From contig DASYJY010000155.1 of assembly GCA_035995985.1 (NCBI GenBank), positions 16,416-80,415 of the forward strand: a stretch of 64,000 bases of DNA. Direction: 5' to 3'. Below the pieces are notes generated by a model. It was not told where the DNA came from, ran no database searches, and worked only from the letters and a program-made list of their open reading frames with translations. Position numbers and translations under genes: made by a program. Below, piece by piece: positions 1 to 8,832 of the stretch. Numbering within the stretch: the first letter of the stretch is position 1; every line of letters starts with the position of its first letter. This DNA is from Thermoanaerobaculia bacterium (GTDB taxonomy: Bacteria > Acidobacteriota > Thermoanaerobaculia > Gp7-AA8).

Positions 1-331
1 TCCAGCGTGCATTGCGCATGGGCGGAAGCAGCGTCCGGATCAGGCGCACTTTCGTGTCGCCTTCGAAACTCAAGGCGACGTTGTCGGATGCTTCCTTCAG
101 CGTCATCTGATCTGGCGCGGTGAGCGTCCGCTCCGCGCTGACCGAGATGACGTTGCCCTCGCCGCCGATGACGTCGATGCTGCCGAACGGGTTGTCGATC
201 CACACCGAGCCGGCCGGATCGACCGGGAACTCGCGGGTGACGCGGCTGCTCGTGGCGAAGCTCGCGCCGAAGAGCTGCGTCGATGACAGCAGCACCGCGA
301 CTGTGATGAATGTTCGGACCGTCGTTCTCAT
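1..331 (-). CDS. secreted protein, 5' part only (gene runs off left edge); DUF4097-like fold is a guess
   Basis: Hand translation of the minus strand from ATG 331-329 gives MRTTVRTFITVAVLLSSTQLFGASFATSSRVTREFPVDPAGSVWIDNPFGSIDVIGGEGN... The N-terminus looks like a signal peptide. The frame stays open to base 1. The gene starts 6 nt after the anti-sigma stop on the same strand. Confidence 0.5.
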   Translation of the reverse strand, partial: MRTTVRTFITVAVLLSSTQLFGASFATSSRVTREFPVDPAGSVWIDNPFGSIDVIGGEGNVISVSAERTLTAPDQMTLKEASDNVALSFEGDTKVRLIRTLLPPMRNARW

Positions 332-337
332 CGTGTT

Positions 338-1360
338 CTATCGGGGTTGAATACTGCTCAGAGCCTCCGCCGCTTTGACGCGGACGTAAACGTTTTCGTC
401 ACCCTGCGAAGCCTTCTTGCGCAGCGTGTCGACCATGTCGGGATCGAGGTTGCCGCCGCTGCGTGCCAGCTTGGCCAGCGCTTCGACGGCCTTGATGCGC
501 ACGGCGGGATTGGGATCGTTCTTCAGCGCTTCCACGAGCGCGGCGCGTGTGCTGTCGGTCATCGTCGACTGCATCGACTGCAGCGTGTCGGCGGCTTTGA
601 TACGCACACCCTGGTTGTCGTCATTGCGCAGCACGTTCGCCAGCGCCTCGGTGATCTCGGGATCGGGATTGCCGACATGCGCGTACGTCGAGCGCACCCA
701 GTCGATGGCGCGCGAGCGCGACGGCGACTGCTTGTCTTCGTTCTCGAGGACGTAGCGCAGCAGGCGAACCATGCTCTTGTCCGTCGGTCGTCCGGTGACG
801 GTGACGTGCGAGGTGATGTCGAAGGAGACACCGATCTGATCGTTCGATGGAGAGGCGTCGGTGAACTGGACGTTCTGGATGTCGGGACGCCCTTCAATCT
901 GCGGGCTGATCGACGCCGCCGGAAGGACGCGCGACTCGGCGATCGAATACGCCGCCTGCGCCGGCATGGCCTGCTGAATGGCGGTGACCTGGGCCGCTGT
1001 CGGAGTCAACTGTACCTGTGGCGTCATGCGATGTCCGCCGTAGAACGCGCCGCCGGCGACGATGACCACGGCCGCTGCCTGCGCCAGCCAGCGAGCCGCC
1101 GTGCGGCGCCGGAACGGAACGACGTTCGTCGTCGCCGCGGCCGGAGAAACTTCCGCGAGGAAGCGCTGCTTCACGCGCGCCGGGACGTCGAGCTCCGGAA
1201 GCGTGTCGAGAATCGACCACGTCTCTTTGTAGGCCGACCATTCCGCGACGCACATCGGGCACGTCTCGATGTGCTGATGCGTGAGCTCGCGCCGGGCCGG
1301 GTCGAGCGACTCGGTCAGCAGCAGCGGCATGTTCTCTCTCATGGAATCGCAGTCAGGCAT
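338..1360 (-). CDS. anti-sigma factor: N-terminal zinc-finger domain, one TM helix, C-terminal HEAT-repeat domain
   Basis: 340-aa ORF with an H-x3-C-x2-C motif (HQHIETCPMCVAEW). Hydrophobic helix AARWLAQAAAVVIVAGGAFYGG. Three HEAT-like repeats (NQGVRIKAADTL, NPAVRIKAVEAL, NVYVRVKAAEAL). GGAGGAG lies 4 nt upstream of ATG 1360. The start overlaps the sigma gene 3' end by 22 nt. Confidence 0.75.
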   Translation of the reverse strand: MPDCDSMRENMPLLLTESLDPARRELTHQHIETCPMCVAEWSAYKETWSILDTLPELDVPARVKQRFLAEVSPAAATTNVVPFRRRTAARWLAQAAAVVIVAGGAFYGGHRMTPQVQLTPTAAQVTAIQQAMPAQAAYSIAESRVLPAASISPQIEGRPDIQNVQFTDASPSNDQIGVSFDITSHVTVTGRPTDKSMVRLLRYVLENEDKQSPSRSRAIDWVRSTYAHVGNPDPEITEALANVLRNDDNQGVRIKAADTLQSMQSTMTDSTRAALVEALKNDPNPAVRIKAVEALAKLARSGGNLDPDMVDTLRKKASQGDENVYVRVKAAEALSSIQPR

Positions 1361-1950
1361 CGGTCTCCTCCACGGGCATCGCCGGTGAGCGCTTTTTTGA
1401 GCACTTCCATGGCGCGGAACACTCTCGTCTTCACCGCCCCCTCGGAGCAGCCGGAGATCTGTGCGATCTCGGCATACGACAGCCCCTGGTAGCGGGAGAG
1501 GAGAATGGCTTCGCGCTGATCCGGCGACAGCAGGGTCAGCGCCTTTTGAATCCGTAGTTCATCTTCGCGGCGTTCCAGATGGCGTTCCGGCGAGAGCTCG
1601 GCCGGCGCGGGAAGCGTGATGAGCACGTCCTCGCCGTCCTTCGACCGGTTCTCAGCTTTTCTCAGGTAATCGCGGCACCAATTCGCCGTAATCGAGAAAA
1701 GCCAGGTCGACAGTTTTGCCCCACCGTGAAACTGGCCCGCGTGCTTCAGCATCTTGACAAAGACTTCCTGGGTCGCGTCTTCCGCCGCCTCGCTGTTCTT
1801 GAGGAAGCGGTACGCAAAGTTGTAAATCCTGCTCGAATAACGATCGTAAATCTCAGACGCGGGAGAGAAATCACCCGCCTGAACGATGCTCATCAACTCC
1901 TGATCGCTCAGGTGTTTCATCTCCCGATCTCGTTCATTCGACGCGCGCAT
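1339..1950 (-). CDS. ECF-type RNA polymerase sigma-70 family factor
   Basis: 203-aa ORF. Region 2-like YNFAYRFLKNSEAAEDATQEVFVKM and region 4 HTH LSYAEIAQISGCSEGAVKTRVFRAM. The start is either ATG 1950 (TAACCT hexamer 7 nt upstream) or ATG 1920. Confidence 0.9.
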   Translation of the reverse strand: MRASNERDREMKHLSDQELMSIVQAGDFSPASEIYDRYSSRIYNFAYRFLKNSEAAEDATQEVFVKMLKHAGQFHGGAKLSTWLFSITANWCRDYLRKAENRSKDGEDVLITLPAPAELSPERHLERREDELRIQKALTLLSPDQREAILLSRYQGLSYAEIAQISGCSEGAVKTRVFRAMEVLKKALTGDARGGDRCLTAIP

Positions 1951-1960
1951 GGTTTAAAGG

Positions 1961-3175
1961 TTACGGACCTGTTTCCGGCAGAACCGAGTCGGGGCGGAGT
2001 TCATTCGGCAGAGGCCGCTCGATGAACGCGATGACGATCGCGAAGATGTCGAGCAGGATCCAGAAGACCTCGGTGTCGCCGAAGTTGAACTCGAACATCC
2101 CCGCCGCCGCCATCGCCACCGCGACCGCCACACCAACCTCGGCGTATCGTGCCCAAGGACCGCCCCAGCCGCGCGCGCATTCGCGCAGGAAAAGGAACTG
2201 AAGAAAGAGGTACGCCACGAGAGCGATTACGCCTCGCTCCGCCCAAAGCTGAATCGCGTTGTTGTGCAGGTGCGGGATGCGGAACCGCGGCGCATCGTGC
2301 TTGCGATAGAGCGGATAGACCTCTTTCACGTTCGCGGGTCCGACGCCGAGGAGCGGGTAGTCCTTGATGATCTCGACGCCAGCCTCTGCCATGCGAATCC
2401 GGTCGAGATTCGACGACTGCTTGATGTCGAAGCTCGAAATGACGCGACTGAAAAACGGCAGCGGCGCCAGACTGATCGCCAGAATCGCCACCGGCACCGC
2501 CCATGCCAGAGCCTTCGGCCATTTCAGAATGAGTAGGATCGCCACCGCGACGATCCATCCCAGCCAAGCGCTGCGCGTGTAGGTGAGCAGCAGCGCTAGG
2601 TGCGTCATCAGCACACCGATGATGAGCACGATACTGCGCATGCTGTGAATCCAGAGGACAAGAAAAGCGAGCGAGGCGGGGAGCAAAAGCCCGGACAGTG
2701 TCATCACATGAGCCGATTGTCCGGTGATGCGGTGCTCGAGATCGTGCCGGCCGTATCGTGCAATATATTGCACCAGTCCATAAGCTGCCGTGAAGATCCC
2801 GAAGATGTAGAACATCTTCACGGCCGTGTAGCGGCTCAGCGGAACGTTGCGAAGAAGAATGAGCGCCGCCGGAAAGAGCAGAATCTTTCCCCACAACGCG
2901 ATCTCGCCGAATGAGTGGATGCGGCGCTCCGCAAAAATCGCGGACAGTGTCGAGACCGCGCCGTACATCGCCAGCGGCACATAAATAATGTGGAACGACG
3001 GCGTGAGCAGCCGGCGATACAGGCAATAGCCGACCATCGCCATCGTCAGAAACGCGAAGCACTCCGAGGAGGCTACCCAACCCTGGCAGAAGATGTGGCC
3101 GATGTAGAAGAGGATCGCGATCGCGACCGGTTGCGGCGTCTCTTCAGGAAGGCCGAGACGTCGCGCGAAAGACAC
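1961..3175 (-). CDS. O-antigen ligase (Wzy_C) family polytopic membrane protein
   Basis: 404-aa ORF with many hydrophobic helices. LTYTRSAWLGWIVAVAILL resembles the O-antigen ligase core motif. Confidence 0.7.
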   Translation of the reverse strand: MSFARRLGLPEETPQPVAIAILFYIGHIFCQGWVASSECFAFLTMAMVGYCLYRRLLTPSFHIIYVPLAMYGAVSTLSAIFAERRIHSFGEIALWGKILLFPAALILLRNVPLSRYTAVKMFYIFGIFTAAYGLVQYIARYGRHDLEHRITGQSAHVMTLSGLLLPASLAFLVLWIHSMRSIVLIIGVLMTHLALLLTYTRSAWLGWIVAVAILLILKWPKALAWAVPVAILAISLAPLPFFSRVISSFDIKQSSNLDRIRMAEAGVEIIKDYPLLGVGPANVKEVYPLYRKHDAPRFRIPHLHNNAIQLWAERGVIALVAYLFLQFLFLRECARGWGGPWARYAEVGVAVAVAMAAAGMFEFNFGDTEVFWILLDIFAIVIAFIERPLPNELRPDSVLPETGP

Positions 3176-3184
3176 AGGCAGGCG

Positions 3185-3424
3185 TCACGCTTCTTCGAAC
3201 GCTTCGTCGACGAGCATGACCGGGATGTCGCTGACGATGGGATAGACGCGATGGCACTTGACGCACTGCAAGCCGTCTTCGACGACCAGCTCTTCGCCGC
3301 GCATTTTGTCGCGGAACTTGTCGCGCACAGTGGCCCGGCGCGCCTCGGAAAGCGGCACCGGCCGGACCTCTTCCTTGCAGATCGGGCAGGCCAGGATTTC
3401 GAGGAGCTGAGGCTGGATTGCCAT
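3185..3424 (-). CDS. Trm112 family small zinc-ribbon protein
   Basis: The internal ATG at 3424 gives MAIQPQLLEILACPICKEEV...CVKCHRVYPIVSDIPVMLVDEA. Two CxxC pairs are typical of Trm112/UPF0434. The longer ORF starting at 3481 would overlap the divergent gene. Confidence 0.8.
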   Translation of the reverse strand: MAIQPQLLEILACPICKEEVRPVPLSEARRATVRDKFRDKMRGEELVVEDGLQCVKCHRVYPIVSDIPVMLVDEAFEEA

Positions 3425-3452
3425 GGCGGCGCGGAGTGTACCATCGCGGCGA

Positions 3453-4508
3453 ATGAAGGTTCTGCACCTCGCTGCCGGCAATCGATGGACCGGCGCCGCC
3501 GCCCCCGCGTTCGCCGAAACCGAGGCGTTGCGCGATGCCGGCGTGGACGCGCATTACGCGTATGTGGGCGGCTACAAGCTACAGCAGAAGCTCGCGCATC
3601 ACGACTTCGCGCACCCGATCATCGCCAAAGCGCAGAACCCGTTTTCGTTCGCGCGGACGGTCAACGCGATCGCGCGGATGGTCGATCACCATCGCTTCGA
3701 TGTCGTGCACGCGCATCTGACGTATGACCATTGGCTCGCCAACGTCGCCACCCGAGGAGCGCGGACGAAGGTCGTTCGAACGTTTCATGCGCGGCGGGTC
3801 CTTCGCGGCGATCCGCTGACACGCTGGCTGGTCGCGCGATCGGCGCGGCTGTGCGTGATCAACGATTCGTTCATCGACGCGCCGGCGATACGCGGACGGA
3901 ATCCCGTCTTCACGCCTCCGCCGCTCGATCATCGCCAATTCGATCCGAACGGCCCCGATGTCCGTGAACGTTACGGCGCGCAAGTCGACGAGCTGCTGCT
4001 CGTTGCGATCGGCAAGTTGTCGAAAGGACGCGGCTTCGAAGACGTGCTGCGAACCTACGCGCTCGTCAAGCGCGATCTCGCAAAGGCGCGTCTGATGATC
4101 CTCGGCCACGGCGAACATCGCGCCGCGCTCGAAGCGCTCGCGCGCGAGTTGAACATCGAGGTGATCTGGGCCGGCTACCACGAGGACGATCTCGCCGAGC
4201 ACTACCGCGCCGCCGACATCCTTCTCTTCACCGCCCGCGGCTCTGACGAAGGCCACCGCGCGGTACTCGAAGCGATGGCCTGCGGCATCGCGCCGGTGAC
4301 GTTTCCCATCGAAGGCGTCTCCGCACTCCTCGGCGATCTCGCGCCGATGTTGATCGCCGAGGCGTCAACGCCGGAAGCCGCAGCGTCGAAAGTGATCGCG
4401 GCCTCGAACGATCTCGCATCACTTCGACGCCGAGCGTACGAGCAGTCGCAGAGCTTCGGATACGCGCAAGCGGCGGCGAGATTGATCGAGGTTTACCTCT
4501 CATCCTGA
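3453..4508 (+). CDS. glycosyltransferase family 4 (GT-B fold)
   Basis: MKVLHLAAGNRWTGAAAP is a typical GT4 N-terminus. The C-terminal EGHRAVLEAMACGIAPV resembles the E-x7-E region. An alternative ATG at 3423 is possible. Confidence 0.8.
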   Translation: MKVLHLAAGNRWTGAAAPAFAETEALRDAGVDAHYAYVGGYKLQQKLAHHDFAHPIIAKAQNPFSFARTVNAIARMVDHHRFDVVHAHLTYDHWLANVATRGARTKVVRTFHARRVLRGDPLTRWLVARSARLCVINDSFIDAPAIRGRNPVFTPPPLDHRQFDPNGPDVRERYGAQVDELLLVAIGKLSKGRGFEDVLRTYALVKRDLAKARLMILGHGEHRAALEALARELNIEVIWAGYHEDDLAEHYRAADILLFTARGSDEGHRAVLEAMACGIAPVTFPIEGVSALLGDLAPMLIAEASTPEAAASKVIAASNDLASLRRRAYEQSQSFGYAQAAARLIEVYLSS

Positions 4509-4523
4509 GCCGCCGAAGCCTGA

Positions 4524-4625
4524 GTCGCGAAGCGACGAATGGCGGAGGACGGTCGAAGGACCCCCCAACCGTCAACCCGGCTGGGAGGCGGTTAGCAGCT
4601 GGGGGTCCTTCACCGTCCTCCGGCG
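4524..4625. repeat. intergenic stem-loop element (small hairpin plus long imperfect inverted repeat)
   Basis: gtcgc-gaa-gcgac hairpin at 4524-4536. Left arm ggaggacggtcgaaggaccccc (4544-4565) pairs with gggggtccttcaccgtcctcc (4601-4621) apart from one indel. The loop is ~35 nt. No T-run follows. Confidence 0.6.
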
Positions 4626-4672
4626 TCTCCGCCTTCGGCTCCGCGCCTCCGGCGGTTCAGGATGACAGTTGA

Positions 4673-4678
4673 TAGACT
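4673..4678 (+). promoter_or_regulatory. -10-like hexamer TAGACT 8 nt upstream of the maeB ATG (candidate leaderless promoter)
   Basis: tagact at 4673-4678, then ccgccgcc, then ATG 4687. No Shine-Dalgarno sequence. Confidence 0.35.
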
Positions 4679-4686
4679 CCGCCGCC

Positions 4687-6948
4687 ATGCCAGACAACGA
4701 CCGCGATGACGCGCTCGAATATCACTCGGGAGGGCGTCCCGGAAAGACGGAAGTCGTCCCGACAAAGCCCACCGCGACGCAGCGCGATCTTGCCCTCGCC
4801 TACACGCCCGGAGTCGCCAAGCCCTGCCTCGAGATCGCCCGTGAGCCCGGCGACGTCTACAAGTACACGAACAAAGGCAATCTCGTCGCCGTCATCTCCA
4901 ACGGCACGGCCGTCCTCGGACTCGGCAACATCGGCGCCGCTGCCGGCAAGCCGGTGATGGAAGGGAAGGCCGTTCTTTTCAAGCGCTTCGCCGACATCGA
5001 CGTTTTCGATCTCGAGCTCGACACGCGCGATACCGAGGCGTTCATCAACGCCGTCAGGATCATGGAGCCGACGTTTGGCGGTATCAACCTCGAAGACATC
5101 GCCGCGCCGGAGTGCTTCGAGATCGAGGAGCGGCTCAAGGCGGTGATGAAGATCCCCGTCTTCCACGACGACCAGCACGGCACGGCCATCATCTCCGCCG
5201 CCGCGCTGAAAAACGCGCTGGAAGTGGCCGGCAAGAACATCGGCGACGTAAGGGTCGTCATCTCCGGCGCCGGCGCCGCGGCCATGGCGTGCCTCCGCCT
5301 CTACATCAAGATGGGATTGCGCAAAGAGAACGTGATCCTGGCCGACAGCAAGGGCGTGATCTACAAAGGGCGCACGGTCGACATGACGCCGTACAAAGAG
5401 GAGTTCGCGGCTGAGACGACGCGGCGAACGCTCACCGAGGCGCTGGAAGGGGCGGACGTGTTCGTCGGCCTTTCCGTCGGCGGCATCGTCAAGCCGAACA
5501 TGCTCCAGTTGATGGCGAAGGATCCGATCGTCTTCGCGATGGCCAATCCCGATCCCGAGATCGGCTACGACGAAGCGATCGCCGCGCGATCCGACGTGAT
5601 CATGGCCACCGGCCGTTCCGATTACCCGAACCAGGTCAACAACGTCCTCGGATTTCCGTTCATCTTCCGCGGCGCGCTCGACTGCCGCGCCACGACCATC
5701 AACGACGAGATGAAGCTGGCCGCGTCACTCGCGCTGGCGGAGCTGGCGAAGGAAGAAGTGCCCGATAACGTGCTGCGCGCGTACGGCAGTTCGAAGTTCA
5801 CGTTCGGACGCGAGTACCTGATCCCGAAGCCGTTCGATTCGCGCGTCCTGCTCAACGTGCCGGTGGCCGTCGCGCGCGCCGCGGCGGAAACGGGCGTCGC
5901 GCAGGAACCGATCACCGACTACGACGCCTACCGCCGCCGTCTCGAGCAGCTCCTCGGCCGCGCGCGCGGCATGATGCACGGCGTTTACGACCGCGCCAAA
6001 CGCGATCCGAAACGGATCGTTTTCCCCGAGGGCGATCAGGAAAAAATCATCCGCGCCGCGAAGATCCTGATCGATGAAGGGCTCGCGCATCCGATCCTGC
6101 TCGTCAAGCGCGAAGTGGTCGCGCCGCTGCTGCAGAAGCATCACGTCGACGAGTCGAAAGTCACCATCATCGATATCGAACGTTGCGCGCAACGCGATCA
6201 GTACGTGCGCCGCTTCGCCGAAATCCGCCAGCGGCACGGAATCACCGTCGCCGACTCCGGACGCATTCTCAACAGCCGCAACTACTTCGCGATGATGATG
6301 GTCGAGGCGGGCGATGCGGACGGCGTCATCGCCGGGCTGCGCGCGTACTACCCGGCCACGATCAAGCCGGCGCTGCAGATCATCAAGACGCGGCCCGGCG
6401 TGAAGAAGGTGTCGGGCGCGTACCTGCTGATGTTCAAGGGACGGATGCTCATCCTCGCCGACACGACCGTCACGATTACGCCGGACGCGAACGATCTCGC
6501 GGAGACCGCCATCCTGACCGCCGAAACCGCGCGGCGCTTCAACATCGAGCCGCGCATCGCCATGATCTCGTTCTCCAATTTCGGTTCGACGCAGCATCCC
6601 GAGGCGGAGAAGGTGGCCCGGGCGGTAGAGATCGTGAAGCAGCGGCGGCCCGACCTCATCATCGAGGGCGAGATGCAGGCGGATGCAGCGGTGGAACCGC
6701 ACATCGCCAGCGCCGACTATCCGTGGAGCCCGATCCAGGGCGACGCAAACGTACTGATTTTCCCCAACCTCGACGCCGCCAACGCCGCTTACAAACTCCT
6801 CTGGCGCCTCGGCGGTGCGGAAGCAATCGGCCCGATTCTGCAGGGGATGGCCAAGCCGGTACACGTGCTGCAGCGCGGCGTTGATGTCAGCGACATCGTC
6901 AACATGGCCGCGATCGCCGTCGTCGACGCGCAGGAAGCGAAGCACTAG
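4687..6948 (+). CDS. maeB: NADP-dependent malic enzyme (malic enzyme domain plus phosphate-acetyltransferase-like domain)
   Basis: ORF of ~753 aa from ATG 4687. [14 protein letters not shown] and [28 protein letters not shown] are typical malic enzyme motifs. The C-terminal ~330 aa is PTA-like. Confidence 0.9.
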   Translation: MPDNDRDDALEYHSGGRPGKTEVVPTKPTATQRDLALAYTPGVAKPCLEIAREPGDVYKYTNKGNLVAVISNGTAVLGLGNIGAAAGKPVMEGKAVLFKRFADIDVFDLELDTRDTEAFINAVRIMEPTFGGINLEDIAAPECFEIEERLKAVMKIPVFHDDQHGTAIISAAALKNALEVAGKNIGDVRVVISGAGAAAMACLRLYIKMGLRKENVILADSKGVIYKGRTVDMTPYKEEFAAETTRRTLTEALEGADVFVGLSVGGIVKPNMLQLMAKDPIVFAMANPDPEIGYDEAIAARSDVIMATGRSDYPNQVNNVLGFPFIFRGALDCRATTINDEMKLAASLALAELAKEEVPDNVLRAYGSSKFTFGREYLIPKPFDSRVLLNVPVAVARAAAETGVAQEPITDYDAYRRRLEQLLGRARGMMHGVYDRAKRDPKRIVFPEGDQEKIIRAAKILIDEGLAHPILLVKREVVAPLLQKHHVDESKVTIIDIERCAQRDQYVRRFAEIRQRHGITVADSGRILNSRNYFAMMMVEAGDADGVIAGLRAYYPATIKPALQIIKTRPGVKKVSGAYLLMFKGRMLILADTTVTITPDANDLAETAILTAETARRFNIEPRIAMISFSNFGSTQHPEAEKVARAVEIVKQRRPDLIIEGEMQADAAVEPHIASADYPWSPIQGDANVLIFPNLDAANAAYKLLWRLGGAEAIGPILQGMAKPVHVLQRGVDVSDIVNMAAIAVVDAQEAKH

Positions 6949-6956
6949 GAGGACAC

Positions 6957-7292
6957 TTGTCAGACCACTACTACGCTCCCGATCATCTCAAAGCGTTCGG
7001 CACCATCTCCGAAGGCGCGCCGGAATTGGGCAAGAAATTCTTCGAGTATTACTCCGCCGTCTTCGCTGCCGGCGCACTGACAGAACGCGAGAAGGCGCTC
7101 ATCGCGCTGGCCGTCGCGCACACGGTGCAGTGCCCGTATTGCATCGACGCGTACACGACCGAATGCCTGCAGAAAGGCTCCGACGTCGAGCAGATGACCG
7201 AGGCGGTGCATGTGGCCTGCGCGATCCGCGGCGGCGCGTCGCTCGTACACGGAATGCAGATGAAGGAGCACGCCGCCAAGGTGGGGATGTGA
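6957..7292 (+). CDS. carboxymuconolactone decarboxylase-like protein of the type associated with ArsS (peroxidase-like)
   Basis: 111 aa with a TTG start 4 nt after TAGGAGGA. ALTEREKALIALAVAHTVQCPYCIDAYT carries the CxxC of the AhpD/CMD fold. It lies directly upstream of, and overlaps, the radical-SAM gene. Confidence 0.7.
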   Translation: MSDHYYAPDHLKAFGTISEGAPELGKKFFEYYSAVFAAGALTEREKALIALAVAHTVQCPYCIDAYTTECLQKGSDVEQMTEAVHVACAIRGGASLVHGMQMKEHAAKVGM

Positions 7293-8332
7293 CGTCATCC
7301 CTTTCGTCGCGGCGCGCGCCGCTGGCGAATCCGGTCGAGCAGTTGGCCACGCTCGATGCGAGCATGACCGGCCGCGCGACATTCGATGAGGCACTTCGCG
7401 GTGCGGGCTGGAACGGTCTCACACCTGCGACTCTCGAAATCTTCCAGATCAACCTCGGCAAGTTGTGCAACATGACCTGCCGCCACTGCCACGTCGACGC
7501 CGGTCCCGACCGCAGCGACGCCATGATGACGCGCGAAACCGTCGAAGCCTGTCTTCGCGCGCTCGACCAGACCGCGGCGCACACGGTCGACATCACCGGC
7601 GGCGCGCCGGAACTGCATCCCGAGTTTCGATACCTCGTCGATGAAGCGCACAAACGCGGCAAGCACGTCATCGATCGTTGCAACCTTTCGGTGCTCCTGC
7701 TTCCGCGTAACGACGGACTGGCCGAATGGCTCGGCGATCGCGGCGTCGAGATTGTCGCCTCGCTCCCGCACTACCGCCAGCGCAACACCGATGCGCAACG
7801 CGGCGACGGCGCCTTCGAAAAGTCGATCGCCGCGTTACGTTTGCTCAACGCCGCCGGTTACGGACAGGGCGATCCGCGTCGCATCCTGTCGCTGATGACA
7901 AATCCCGCCGGCGCGTTCCTCGCCGCTCCACAAGCGAGCATCGAGAACGAATGGAAGACCGCGCTCAAACGCGACTTCGGCATCACCTTCGACCGCCTCC
8001 TCGCGCTGAACAACATGCCCATCTCGCGCTTCCTCGAATGGCTGATCGAATCGGGGAACCTCGATTCCTACATGTCGCGCCTCGTCGATGGATTCAATCC
8101 AGCCGCGATCACCGGCGTGATGTGCCGCAACACGATCTCCATCTCCTGGGAGGGCCGCCTCTTCGACTGCGACTTCAACCAGATGCTCGACCTCGATGCC
8201 GTCACCGCCAGCGCGATGACCATCGAGACCTTCGACGACGCCGCCTGGCAGCAACGCAACGTCGTCACCCGCGCGCACTGCTTCGGCTGCACAGCCGGAG
8301 CGGGGAGCTCGTGCGGCGGCGCGACCGCGTAG
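7289..8332 (+). CDS. arsS: radical SAM / Cys-rich protein of the ArsS (arsenosugar biosynthesis) type
   Basis: CX3CX2C cluster motif CNMTCRHC. C-terminal Cys-rich HCFGCTAGAGSSCGG. GTG 7289 overlaps the upstream stop (GTGA). ATG 7364 is an alternative start. The ORF-track start at 6815 is rejected. Confidence 0.7.
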   Translation: MTSSLSSRRAPLANPVEQLATLDASMTGRATFDEALRGAGWNGLTPATLEIFQINLGKLCNMTCRHCHVDAGPDRSDAMMTRETVEACLRALDQTAAHTVDITGGAPELHPEFRYLVDEAHKRGKHVIDRCNLSVLLLPRNDGLAEWLGDRGVEIVASLPHYRQRNTDAQRGDGAFEKSIAALRLLNAAGYGQGDPRRILSLMTNPAGAFLAAPQASIENEWKTALKRDFGITFDRLLALNNMPISRFLEWLIESGNLDSYMSRLVDGFNPAAITGVMCRNTISISWEGRLFDCDFNQMLDLDAVTASAMTIETFDDAAWQQRNVVTRAHCFGCTAGAGSSCGGATA

Positions 8333-8337
8333 GCGTT

Positions 8338-8832
8338 TCACGCCTTTTGATGCGTTCGCGCGAGGTTCGAAGCGACGGCACAGAGAAACGCGCTGACGCC
8401 GAGCGTTGTGCGCACCGCGTGAGCGCGCGACCAGTTCTTCGCCAGCGATTGCGAGCGGTCGCTCGGATAGTCGGTCGGCGCTTGTCCTTCCAGCTCCTTG
8501 TTGATCGGAACGGTGACCATGATCGTCGCCGCGAGCACGCCGGCGAGGCTGATCGCAGACGCGGCGTCGAGAATCCGCTTGACCGGCTTCACGCCGCTCG
8601 AGGCGACTGCGAGCGTAACGGCCGTCCCGAGGGCGACCGGGCCGATGGCGTTGAAGTAATTCGCAGCGTCGGTCAGCGCAGCGATCGCGCGGGCGCGATG
8701 ATCGCCTTGGTGCGGCAGTTCATTGCGCCAGCCGGGGACGAGCGCCTGCTCGCCGAAGCCGAGCGAGCCGGCCAATAACCCCGAGGTGGTCAGGTTGACG
8801 AAGCGAAGAAGCGATTCGAGCGTGTTGTTCAT
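8338..8832 (-). CDS. small membrane protein, DUF1772-like (anthrone oxygenase family) guess
   Basis: 164 aa with about four hydrophobic segments. The VPINKELEG motif resembles DUF1772. Confidence 0.45.
   Translation of the reverse strand: MNNTLESLLRFVNLTTSGLLAGSLGFGEQALVPGWRNELPHQGDHRARAIAALTDAANYFNAIGPVALGTAVTLAVASSGVKPVKRILDAASAISLAGVLAATIMVTVPINKELEGQAPTDYPSDRSQSLAKNWSRAHAVRTTLGVSAFLCAVASNLARTHQKA

Noticed and set aside
347-1492. 381-aa plus-strand ORF antisense to the anti-sigma and sigma genes.
   Set aside because: It is Arg/Gly/Asp/His-rich with no motifs. It lies fully inside well-supported minus-strand genes, which is the typical open antisense frame of GC-rich DNA.
5725-6945. 406-aa minus-strand ORF antisense to maeB.
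   Set aside because: The same GC-rich antisense artefact. maeB on the plus strand has unambiguous motifs along its whole length.
6815-7288. N-terminal 158 codons of ORF-track entry 6815-8332, a long version of the radical-SAM gene.
   Set aside because: This part overlaps the maeB 3' end and the whole CMD-like gene in another frame, and it translates to an Arg-rich sequence. The ArsS-like sequence only begins near 7289-7364.
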